Source: Cyanophora paradoxa CCMP329 (lineage: Eukaryota > Plantae > Glaucophyta). From it: a DNA stretch of 64,000 nucleotides. The stretch covers positions 1-64,000 of the forward strand of contig QPMI01000143.1 of the NCBI GenBank assembly GCA_004431415.1, read 5' to 3'. The position numbers were made by a program, and so were the translations under genes. Shown piece by piece: positions 46,755-57,968 of the stretch. The notes beneath the pieces are model-generated. The model was not told where the DNA came from, made no database searches, and saw nothing but the letters and a program-made list of their open reading frames with translations. The first letter of the stretch is position 1. The number at the start of each line of letters is the position of its first letter.

Positions 46755-48090
46755 CTAGTGGCCCGGCCGCGTTTGGCGCGCCGGGGGTGCAAGGGGGGAA
46801 TCGGGATCTAATGAAAGAGTAGTAGTGGCACGAACATGCACGGGGCAGATGTAGATCGACCCCGGCCCAGCGCGCGCGGCAGGTTGAAGTAGTAAAGATA
46901 GACACAGATTATATATATGATTGAAAAGAATAGAAAAGGGCTGATAAGCAGACGCTGCGATCTAACCGAATAAAGAAAAGCCTGAATGAAAGGCCAGATT
47001 CAGCGCACTGTATATGAAAGATTGCTCTGGAGCGGAAAAACGCTGCGCATCATCTGTGTTCGCGCGGCCTACCCCTAACCCTGAACAGCTGGCCAGTGGC
47101 TAAAAGATGATGGTGTTGTCTGCAGAGGGCTTGCCGTAAACATAGGCGATCCAGGCCTTCTGGAGGGGGTCGAGGCGGAAGTCGACCATGGAGGTGAGCG
47201 GCAGCCAGCGGCGGCGGTCCTGAAGAGAGCCGTCTTGCGAGAGCATATGCATGGTGAGGCGGCCCGCCGCTTCGAGCGCCCGCAGAGCCACGCGGCTGGC
47301 GCGCTGCTCGCTACCGCTGCGCATCTGGTAGACAAGGTCTTGAATTTCGATATCCGCGAGGCCGGCGTCACGCGTACGGAGGCGCTTGAGGACTCCCATG
47401 TGGAGGTCCTCGATCGCAGACGCGGGCGCACGCGGGGTGCCGAATGAGCGGACAAGCGCCACGTCGTGCGCAGCACACGAACTATAGCTAGTCTGCTGTC
47501 CGGGTGCCGATCGCAACAAGAGCGCCGAGCGCCCGGCCCGGCCGGCGTGCTCGGCTGGCACACGCGGTTCTGCAATATAAGCTCGATATAAGCTCGATAT
47601 AAGCGCAGCAAGAGAGTACGGTCTAGATCTGGCCGGCGGGGCGTGCTCGGCTGCGATCAGCTGCAGCGGCGCAGGCAGCAACGCGAGCATGTTTCTAGCC
47701 TAGTAGGAAGCGGAAATCTAGAGGAGACGTTGACAGGTAGAGAGAAGTGGTTCCATGCAGAACCGCGCAACGAAGAGCAAGGCGTACGCGACGCACTGCG
47801 AGGAAGCCGAAATCTAGAGGAGACAGCTAGGGAGAACTGGTTCCATGCAGAACCGCGCAAGGAATTCGAAGACCGGAGTTAGAGAGAAGTTAGTTTTCCC
47901 CTCGAAAACCACTTTTTCCCCTCGAATTCGACGCTCGAAAGTCGAGGGCTGACCGGTTCACCGAGCCAATCGGATCGCGAATAACCGACAATTTCGTTGC
48001 AAGCTGGCCCTCGAAAACGGCCTCATAGAAAACTTTTGGCTGAAGCGAGGGAACGGGAAGCAAGGGGGCCCCCTTCCCCCCTTGCAATTA
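46755..48090 (-). mobile_element. Non-autonomous rolling-circle (Helitron/Helentron, HINE/DINE-1-like) element, copy 1
   Basis: Homologous to 56679-57804. On the minus strand the 5' end is TTGCAAGGGGGGAA followed by its inverted repeat CCCCCTTGC. The 3' end is TTCCCCCCTTGC, then a GC hairpin (CCCGGCGCG..CGCGGCCGGG), then CTAG. No TSD is evident. Confidence 0.7.
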
Positions 48091-48368
48091 GCTAATTATA
48101 AAAATGCATTGCAAATATGGAATTCGGGGGTCAGCCCCGCGGCCGCCGCGCCCTGCCAGGCTGGCTGATGCCGGCTGCAGGACCTGGAAATTTAAAGCGG
48201 CCTCGGCATCGAAGTCGAGCCTTAGTGAACGAGTTAGATCATGATCAATCATTAATATAACATCAATAATACTGCGTAGTACATGAATGTGCGTGTGCGT
48301 CGGCAAATGAGAGTTCACTGGCCCCGCAGCTGCGAATCCTGCGATGCGTACGCGTGGGCGACTGAGCT

Positions 48369-51300
48369 CTAGACGGCAGCTTCGCCTGCGAAGCCGCCCT
48401 CGAGCTCGACCGCCTCGAGCGACTCCGCCTCCGCGAGCGTCTGAGCTCCACCCACGCTGTCAGGTGAAATCTGGGTGAAACGGGGGCTGCGCGGGGCTTG
48501 AGCTCGCCTCGTCATCCACGGCCGCCGCCTCGTCCTCGTCTTCGCCGGCCGCGTCCACAGAAGCGACTGCATACGCGGACAGGCACAGCGATCGCGAGGT
48601 CAGCGCCGCTCTTCAATCTCAAACAACATTGATCGAGTGCACCGTCGCTATCAAGGCGATAAATTGATTCGAGGTCGAGGTCGGACGCGACCGCCAGCTT
48701 GCTGGGAACTAGTGCTGGCGCCGAGTACCCGTCGACGTACGTGGCGTTGGGCAGCTCGTAGAAATAGGTATTGAAGTGCACGGGCCGGGCGGTCGGGTCG
48801 CCGTTCTTCAGGGGCGCCACGGTCGATAGTGGAAGACCCGAGTCTGGTGCGAAGATGTTTGAATTGTAGAAGTGGATGCCCTGCGACCATATATTGCGGT
48901 TGGCATCGGTTGCAGGCAAAATTCACAAATAAGTCGAATATGTATTCAAGCACTGAAATGTACCTCTGATTCTTCTGCGCATGTTTTCCTGTGGCACGAG
49001 TTTTGCGAGTTATTATCTGGAAGGGGCGGCCACATGCAGACGTTTATATATACGTACAGTACTGCAGGCTGTCCTTCGCCTTGAGAGGCAACGCAAAGAG
49101 AGTCATTGCTGCTGAAACGCAGAGTGCTGCTTGCATGGTCAAACCTCTGTCATTCGACAACCGTACGCGTATTATAATTAGTTGTGCATTACCGCGATTG
49201 TTAAAGCGATTCCTTCAAAAAGCGCACCGCAAAGGCTGCCCCGAAGTCCATTTGATGCGGGCCGGTGGACATGCCGATTTTGTACTCGTTCGCCCACTCG
49301 CTCGGGGCCATCGTCAGCGTGTCGCCCTCCTCGTGCGCGTCGGAAAGTCCTGATTCGAACGAAAGCACGTTTGAGTGTGTTCATGTATTCATGGAAGGTG
49401 AATAGATGAAGAAATGCATATGCAGACCGCCTGTAGAAGTGATGATATCACCCGTCAGCCAGTTCATGAAAGCGTTCGCATATTGAACTCCTTCGAAGTC
49501 GACCGTAGTCCAGAACTGCGACGGATCGACGGCTGCACAGCGCAGGGTCAAGATTGTAGGGGATCCCGGATGGCAGCGGCAGGAAAGCTAAAGCAGAATT
49601 GAGGGACAGGCAAGCCCGCATGCGCACTCGGGTACTGTGTGCCGTCCTCGGCGATGGCGGTCCCCATCTTGCACGGGGCGAAGTACACGTTGGGCCCGCC
49701 GGTGCTGGTGAGGCAGAGCTTGCCCCCGTCCGCTGCAGTCATTATCGGGGAGCCGTTCACGTAGATTTTCCCGTCGAACGTCGGGGCGGCCGCGGGGGCG
49801 GGCACGGCGTCCGTCGGCAGCGGACACTTCAGGTCCGCCGGGACCTCGCACTTGCCGCCGTCGCTGCAGCCGGCAGAACGCGACAGTTAGCGTCGAATAG
49901 CTGTAAGAGAATGCAAAAGAACGGTTTGCGAAGATCTAGAGATACGATCTAGAGATCGTATAGAAACAGGCTGAAGCGTTCGGCCGCGCACCGGCACATG
50001 CTCGTGATACTCGCCGTGTAGTCAACGCTGGGGCCCTGGACCGCCAGGCAGGTGCCCTGCGCATGCATTTGAGCGTAGTAGATTAGATTACATTAGTAGA
50101 CTAGCATAGTAGATATAGAATAGCCCAGACGCGCACGGAGACGCAGGACTTGGGGCCGGGGGCCGCCGCCTGGAAGTCGGGGGTCACGTCCATCGTCCTG
50201 TTATGTTATGTTAACGTTAGCATCGCGGACGCCTTCTAAGCTTTCGAATTCCAAATAGCAACGGGCTAGTATGTATAATTACATCCCGCACCCGGGGATA
50301 AGCTTCTCGGGCACGAAGGCTTGCTTCAGATCGGTGCGCGTCTCCGTGGTTTCGACCTGCCGCGGTACATGTCACGTACGATCATATCGGTTTAGGGCTG
50401 TTCTCCGCAAGCGAAGGCCGCATGCAGGGAGCAGTGGACATGATATGCGTGCATGCACATGCGCACCCGCGCGCCGGTAATCTTGCTGGTGGGCGTGACG
50501 CTCGGGGCCCCGTTAGGGAGCTGCGTGCTGCCGGGCAGCAGCGTCTGTACATGATACGCGGAGAGTAAGAGCCCAAACGATTGCGCATTTGCAAGCGCGG
50601 GCTGGACCTGGATGGGGTTGATGTTTTCCGCCTCGGAGTGCGCGGTCTTGGTGGTGGTCTCGCGGTCCTCGCGCGCGTGCACCTCGTACCGCCCGACCTG
50701 CACGCCACGAAGAGGAGTACGTGAATAAATATAAATAATGATGCAAAGACTTCAGCTGTTAGAATTGCGAAGTACAAAAAGTCCATCTTCACCTCGAGAC
50801 CTGCGCATCCACGAGAACCGCAGTCAGTCACAATCAAATCCGATGATCATCATCAAAAGCAATTACGAAAAAGATGCTTTAATTGCTAATCTCATCCTGG
50901 CAGACATCGCACCGGGCTTTGCGTACTGGCCGATGTTGAAGCCGCCATCGAGGAACGTGTAGGGGCCGACGCCGCTGATCGTGCCCGTCTGTCCACGCGC
51001 AGCTCAGGCCCAACGCACGCTCAAGCCAAATCTCTTTCTTTTTCCAAAGGATCGCACCTCAGTCTTGGAGAACGTGCCCTTCTCCTCGACCGTGCGCTGT
51101 AAGTCCTTGTGCGTGTTCACGTCGTAGGTGAGCGTGTAGGGGATCGTTTGCACGTCCTGCAACGGCGGAGCCGATCGTGAGACAATGCATCGTGAATTGA
51201 TGAAAAGTACTATCTCAGCCGCCCGCTGGTTACCTTGGCCTGCGTCGTGCCTGCGAGTGCCACACGGGTCACCGCCTCCGGATCGAGGTTCTGCAGTCGT

Positions 51301-53092
51301 GCACGAGCGCGTCCATCAATATTCAAATTCGTGCAGACAATAACATGTAGTCCAGTTGCATGCTACGCACCGTGTCGAGGGCGAGAGCATTCAGGAGCAT
51401 GTTGTCGATTTGGGCCTTGACGGCAGCATCCGTGATGCTCGCGAGGTCGGCGATCGGCTTGGCGCTCTCCACGGAGAGCGTGTGAAGGTGCGCATTGAAG
51501 CTGCGGCGATATTTAATATATGACGAACTTGGCACCTCAAGGCCCTTCATTGTATTCGTGCGCACCACGGGCCAGTGCCGGAGCAGGCCTGCTGCGCGGC
51601 CGCGTACGTGATGAACTCGTTCTTCGTGGTTGTGATCGTCAGGCCCTCCTGGGTCCACTCGCCGGGGGCGCCCGGGGCGGGGAGCCGCTCGGGGGACGAG
51701 GGGGCTTTCGGGGTCTGGCTCGAGGATGTGCCGTTGAAGGACTCGGTCTTCTCGTCGCGGGTCCAGGTGATCTTGTCATCCGCCGGCGTGGGCGTGTACG
51801 CTGAAGAGCTGCGCGGGCAAGAAGCGCACAAAGTACTTCCTCAGCGCACAATTGTAATCTAAATTAAATTTGAATCAAGCGCGAATTCTGTGGCGCACGT
51901 AATTGGGACCTCTTTGCCGTAGTAGATGTCGGTGGGCGTGACCTGCTGGCGGATAACGTACTTGCCTGGAGCGGAGTGAGCTTCGACGGCAGCGTTGCAC
52001 CTTCGTAAAATGCGAAAGCGAGCAGACCCGTCTCAGTGTAGCTGTCGGTCGAATCGAAAGTTTTCGTCTGCTTGTACGGGTCCGTGTACCTGGGCGATAA
52101 ATATTCGCATTCAGAATTCGAAGAGACCAGATCTCAGGGGAATATATATATATTAATTGTTTAATTGAATTTCTGACGCACGTGTAGCCCTGGATCTTGG
52201 TGCCGTCCATGGAGTAGGGGCCGGTGCCGTTGTAGACGGCGGTGTCCACGCGGATCTTGCCCACCTCGCTGAAAGGCAGCTCGTAGGAGCCCTGCGGTGC
52301 CGGCGCACGGAGATAAGCACCTAGCTCTGAATTGTGCGAATTAAATTCCGAGAGCGGGGCGACGCACGGCTTCAATCTTGACGCCGGGCGCCGCGTTAAG
52401 CTCCTGGCAGGGCTGGCTGACGGTCGAAGTTGTGACGCCAGTGGGGATCGTCGCGCCGTCGGTGGGGATCGTCGCGCCGTCGGTGGGGATCGTCGCGCCG
52501 TCGGTGGGGATCGTCGCGCCGTCGGTGGGGATCGTCGCGCCGTCGGTGGGGATCGTCGCGCCGTCGGTGGGGATCGTCGCGCCGTCGGTGGGGATCGTCG
52601 CGCCGTCGGTGGGGATCGTCGCGCCGTCGGTGGGGATCGTCGCGCCGTCGGTGGGGATCGTCGCGCCGTCGGTGGGGATCGTCGCGCCGTCGGTGGGGAT
52701 CGTCGCGCCGTCGGTGGGGATCGTCGCGCCGTCGGTGGGGATCGTCGCGCCGTCGGTGAACGCAGTGTCGTCATCGAAATCGTAGAGGTTCTCGTCATAA
52801 TAAGTAGGCTGATGTTCGAGGGACATAAGCACGATGTGCATAACACTCTTAATGAAGCCGGAGCGGGATAAAAGCTAACCTTTACAGCATCCAGGGATTC
52901 CGGAGCAGGCGGCGGCACCCAGCTGCCGTATTGCGCGACCCATCCCGTGGCTGGGTCTACGTATTCGTTGTCGACCGAAGACGCAGAATAGTTCGGTTCC
53001 GCGGGAAGTTCCGCACGCAGCGTCCAGCCATTCGAGTCATCGTACTGGTAGAACCTCCTCTCGATGTCGGAAGCGGTCGACTCAACCACCAT
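48369..53092 (-). CDS. Multi-exon orphan protein: (TDGATIP)15, Thr-rich beta-strand region, ricin-B-like lectin motifs, acidic tail (start uncertain)
   Basis: A chain of in-frame exons is separated by more AT-rich GT-AG introns. Motifs GTCLAVQG, GKLCLTSTGGPNVYFAPC, DPSQFW and SLCVASQGEGQPAVL lie between 50060 and 49060. Stop TAG at 48369-48371. Confidence 0.6.
52441..52755 (-). repeat. Perfect 21-bp minisatellite x15 encoding TDGATIP
   Basis: GTGGGGATCGTCGCGCCGTCG is repeated 15 times with no spacers or mismatches (315 bp). Confidence 0.95.
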
Positions 53093-54593
53093 GGCTCCGA
53101 ACGCAAGTCAAGCAAGATATAGAGCCGGCGCCTGCGCGACAGAGCGTGAGCTCTATGCTGGACGGCCCGGGCCCGTTGCGCGTACGGCGTCCCATAATTT
53201 AGACATATGCATATACCTATACAATCGCCGCGGCGTGGCGCGCGGAGCCTCAGAAAACATCAAGGCCTAGGCCTGCAGCTGTACATGTATCCAGTTCCAG
53301 AATATAGAGAGCCCGCAGCGCTAGCGTCGCGCCTAAATCAACGCGCCTGTGTGTCTCTTTATCTGCGCAGGCCCTCGCACTGCGACACGGCGCCGGCGGT
53401 CGACGTCTTAGCAAGCTAGCTCTAGAGAGAGATCTGATGTGCCGACGTCGACTCGGTGATCGGACACGACATCGAAAGCGCATTCGACGGCGAGCTCACC
53501 TTGGTCTGGAGCGCAGCTAGCGCCGCGGTGCTGCAGATGGAGAACCTTGAAAGGCGGCGAATCTACCGGTAGATGTGATGAATTTCGAACTCGGAAGGAG
53601 CTGTCAGAAATCTTTAGCTATAGGATACTAGTATATAGCACATACACTACTGTAGCACGTTTACGGTATACTGGTATACTACGGTACGGTATACCGTATA
53701 CGAACTAGAATGCGCGCCGGCGGCGCCGCGCTATAGCGCTAGCGTTGTGCACCGTGGCACGTGCGGCCTGTCACAGTGTGCCGCGCGTACCTGCGACGGT
53801 CCTGCCGCGACTCCTGCGTGCGTTATATAATTAACGTTTGCGCCTTCCGTACTACGGTAGTACTGTACATGTCAATTGCAATGTATACGTTCAAGTTAGA
53901 CGGGTAGTAAGTTAGACGCGGATAGACGAGGTCACCCATTCGTGTAACTTCATCCCCGTCTAAAACCCCCTCAAAGGGGTATGCCGTAATACTACTTGTA
54001 TATATATATGGAGCAGCCCGGCGGCCATGGCCAGCAGCTCGTCTAACTTTATAAATTTGTCCACATCTATTGTGGTGGGTGGGCAACTTATCATAGTATA
54101 ATAAATTATATATATTAATAATTTAATAGCCTTGCATACTTAAGCTGCAGACTGAAAATTTTCAGCTTCCTTCCCGGAGTCCGAAGTTCGGATCGACCCG
54201 GGAATCAAAGTTCGGAATCCCAACTAGTAGTAGGCTACTAGTAGCCTGTGATAGTGTGAGACTGTGTGACTTCGGATCCGGAGCTCGAGCCTCGATCGGA
54301 GGATCGGAAGTTCGAATTCCGGAATGCCGATCAGAAAAAAGACAAGAAATTAAAAACACTCGAAAGTATTTCGCGAACAGCCAATTGCAAATTAGTTGAA
54401 ATTAGTCAAATTACACGGTTGCATGCAGCTAGGCTACTAGTACTAATGATCAATAGCCTGCTATTATCTCCAGGTATAATTATAAGTAGCTCCGATTCCT
54501 CCGAATTCGAATCTGGCTCCGATCCGAACGATCGCGAGGCTCTACTAGACTACTACTGCATGTAGGAATTTCGAATGCTTTTTTATTGCTTCT

Positions 54594-54804
54594 ACTGCAT
54601 TTTTAGCCGGTGTTTTAAATTGCCGACTCAATGCCGAGAGGCCGAATTCGGCAATTTTAAGCCACGGCAATTCTCAGGGGGTAGGGCAAAACGGACGCTT
54701 TGTATGGCGCCATCGAAGAAATCCAGAGTTTCGGCAATTGTTTGCCACGGCAATTCCGGTTTTGGTTGAATACGGCAATTTAACTACGCGGCAAATATGC
54801 CAGT
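54594..54804. mobile_element. Small MITE-like element with imperfect ~35-bp inverted ends and CGGCAATT motifs
   Basis: The left end ACTGCATTTTTAGCCGGTGTTTTAAATTGCCG resembles the reverse complement of the right end ACTGGCATATTTGCCGCGTAGTTAAATTGCCG. Five or more CGGCAATT motifs are present, with no clear TSD. Confidence 0.45.
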
Positions 54805-54845
54805 CGCGAGTACTACGCATACGGTACTAGGCTACTGGTACTAGT

Positions 54846-56485
54846 AGTCGCGACTCGCGAGTCGCGACTCGCGACTCGCGAGTCGCGATCGCGAGCCTCG
54901 CGATCGGAGTCGCGACTCGCGACTCGCGAGTCGCCTCGACTCGCGAGTCGCGAGTCTCGCGACTCCCGAGTCCCGACTCCGAGGCAGTGTTTGTGAAATT
55001 TTATTATTCCAGAAGCACCCTGAAAACTTTCAGTAAACTTTCGTAAACTTTCAGCAAATATTTTCACCATACAAAGTTTACTTGCACAGCAAAAGTGATA
55101 CACATCTCGCTCCAAACAAGCGTATAAACATAAGCGCTATGCTTTGCAATATCATATGCGACCTCTTAATGTCAGTTTACAGTGTAGATGCACCTTTGCC
55201 ATTCTTTTCAGGTTGGGGAACGGGGGTACTGTTCCTGATGGGTGCCTTTCCCGGTCCCCAAACAACAGATGAGACTGCCAGATCCGTGTGGCCTTCCGCT
55301 GTCTCGTCTTCTGGCGTGTTTGACCCTCCAATTTGGCGTGAAACACCCCCAAAAAAACCGCTTCAACGGTATCCCCCTTGCAAATATATTGAAAGTTTTC
55401 AGTGCTCTTTTTGGCAGTGAAAGTTTTCTGAAAATTAATATGTAAATTTTCAATTTGCAATTTGCGAAAGTGAAATTTTAAATTCACTGCTCCGAGGCTC
55501 GGCGAGTCCCGACTCCCGATCGCGACTCCCGCTCGATCGCGAGTCCCGACTCGGCGAGTCCCGACTCCCGGTCCCGAGTCCCGGAGTCCCCGAGCCCGAT
55601 CGCGAGTCCCGACTCCCGACTCCCGAGTCCCGACTACCGCGGGGGTACCGTGCACGTGTACCACAAAAATATGGCTGACAGATTTATGTCGTTTTTCGGG
55701 AGGGGTGGGGGCTGTCGTTATAAAACGTTTTTTAACTTGGTCCTTCGATCTCTTAAATTGGTGAAATATGACGGTCCCAAATTATGTCGTCATAAACTTT
55801 GAAACTTTTCAGGCTTAATTAAGCTTGTATCAAGTTTTTCTTTGGTGAATTACCGGCCACAGTCTCTAGACACCAGCACTGCGGGGGCTGCCCAGGGGGC
55901 ATAAAGACAAAAAAGCAAAATAACTAAGACAAGAGCACGAAGAAAGATAAGACAAAGAGCCAAAATCGACAATAGAAAAGGAAAGACACAGAGCTCGAGA
56001 CAGATCGATAGCGAGAAGAGACGATAAATCGAGCAGATCTAGGGACAGAGGATAACTGACACGAAGAAGAGCCAGAGCTAGAGATACCATCAATATCAGA
56101 AGGAATTACATCACTAAGAAGCGGGGGACAAAATTAATATTGAGAAAGATAAATAACAGGAAGAAGACAAGTACTACGGTAAGAGGAACAACAAGACGAC
56201 ATGGAGGCGGAGGCGAAGCAGGACGATGCGAAATTCGAAAGGGCAGAGCTACGGCACGAGGTCGAGGAGGACACAGGAGGCGGAGCAGGCAAAATGATGT
56301 CGTTAAATCATGTCCGAATTCGAACCGACGTATTAAATATTGTGTTATACGGTACTAACGTTTTTTAACGGTACTACTGTTACGTATACCGTACGGTAGT
56401 CGACTCCCGACTCCGGATCCCGAGTCCCGACTCCCGACTCCCGAGTCCCGATCGCGAGTCCCGACTCCCGAGTCCCGACTCGAGT
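54846..56485. repeat. Interrupted arrays of GACTC(G/C)C heptamers in alternating orientation (54846-54984, 55490-55635, 56398-56485)
   Basis: Runs such as GTCGCGACTCGCGAGTCGCGACTC and CCCGACTCCCGAGTCCCGACTC are split by two AT-rich inserts. Confidence 0.75.
54985..55489. mobile_element. Non-autonomous hAT-type DNA transposon (MITE), 505 bp
   Basis: Ends are CAGTG...CACTG with an imperfect ~18-bp TIR. A perfect 8-bp TSD CTCCGAGG lies at 54977-54984 and 55490-55497. The interior is AT-rich with AAA(A/C)TTT subterminal motifs. Confidence 0.85.
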
Positions 56486-56678
56486 CATAATTATAATTAT
56501 AAGTCGTCCATGTCACAGTGTACCAGGTGCATGCGTACTACGGTACTACGGTAGTACCGCCGAGTCGGCGCCGACCGTCGCGGTCCGTCGGACTGTACGG
56601 TCTGTACCGGCCCGGCGGTGCCAGGTCCCGGGGCCCGGGCCCGGCGGGCCGGTGGTTAGGCCAGGTTACATACCAGTA

Positions 56679-57804
56679 CTAGTGGCCCGGCCGCGTTTGT
56701 CGCGCCGGGGGGGCAAGGGGGGAACCGGGATCTAATGAAAGAGTCGTAGTGGGACCTACATGCGTGCGGCAGATCGACCCCGGCCCAGCGCGCGCGGCAG
56801 GTTGAAGTGTAAAGATAGACACAGATTATGATTGAAAAAAAAAAGAAAAGGCCCGATAAGCACACGCTGCGATCAGACCGAATAAAGAAAAGCCTCAATG
56901 AAAGGCCAGATTCAGCGCACATTATATTAAAGATTGTTCTGGAGCCAAAAAACGCTGAGCATCAACGTTAACTGTGTTCGTACGGCCTACCGCTAACTCT
57001 GAACAGCCGGCTAAAAGATGATGGTGCTGTCTGCAGAGGGCTCGCCGTATAAATAGACGATCCAGGCCTTCTGGAGGGGGTCGGGGCGGAAGTCGACAAT
57101 GAAGAGAGCCGTCTTGCAAGAGCATGGTGAGGCGGCCCGCCGCCTCGAGGGCCCGCAGAGCCGCGCGGCTGGTGCGCTGCTCGCTCCCGGCGCGCATCTG
57201 GTAGACAAGGTCTTGAATTTCGATGTCCGCGAGGCCGGCGGCACGCAGGCGGTTTTGCGGTGCAAGCTCAAGCACGAGTGCCGGGCAGCGTGCTCGGCTG
57301 CGGGCAGCGGCGCGTGCTCGGTAGGCGGTGCTGCGGTGCAAGCTTGATGCCGCAGTGCAGATCGAGAAAAGTAGTACGGGTACGGGGTACCGTGCATGCG
57401 GCGTACGCGGCGCACTGCAGCAGCGAGGAAGCGGAAATCTAGAGGAGACAGCTAGGGAGAAGTGGTTCCATTCAGAACCGCGCAAGTAAGAGCAAGGCGT
57501 ACGCGACGCACTGCGATGAAGCCGAAATCTAGAGGAGACAGCTAGGGAGAACTGGTTCCATGCAGAGCCGCGCAAGGAATTCGAAGACCGGAGTGAGGAG
57601 AAGTTCGTTTTCCCCTCGAAAACCACTTTTTCCCCTCGACTTTGACGCTCGAAAGTCGAGGGCTGACCGGTTCACCGAGCCAATCGGATCGCGAATAACC
57701 GACAATTTCGTTGCAAGCTGGCCCTCGAAAACGGCCTCGTAGAAAACTTTTGGCTGAAGCGAGGGAACGGGAAGCAAGGGGACCCCCTTCCCCCCTTGCA
57801 ACTA
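56679..57804 (-). mobile_element. Non-autonomous rolling-circle (HINE/DINE-1-like) element, copy 2
   Basis: Same termini, internal tandem duplication and coding relic as 46755-48090, but diverged by substitutions and indels. Confidence 0.7.
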
Positions 57805-57968
57805 AGTATAACGTGACCGTAGTACCGGTAGCCGCTGAGCGTCGTGAGCGATACTCAAGTGACTGGCAGCCTACGTAAAATCCTGCAGCTGGCCGCGCCA
57901 AGCTTAAGTCAGATCTAGATCTAGAAGTGTCGTGGTGCGCGTCCAGGAGTTAGCGGCTTCAATCCAAG

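Noticed and set aside
51890-52090. Apparent frameshift/stop suggesting the beta-rich gene is a pseudogene
   Set aside because: It is resolved by a normal GT-AG intron (ACG G|gtctgc..ccag|GC AAG), giving ..SYTETGKYVIRQQ..
52441-52755. CRISPR array
   Set aside because: The repeats are contiguous with no spacers, are in frame within a eukaryotic exon, and there are no cas genes.
46755-57804. The two ~1.2-kb repeats as LTRs of one large retroelement
   Set aside because: There are no TG..CA ends, PBS, PPT or TSD. The copies are diverged, and each has its own rolling-circle-type termini.
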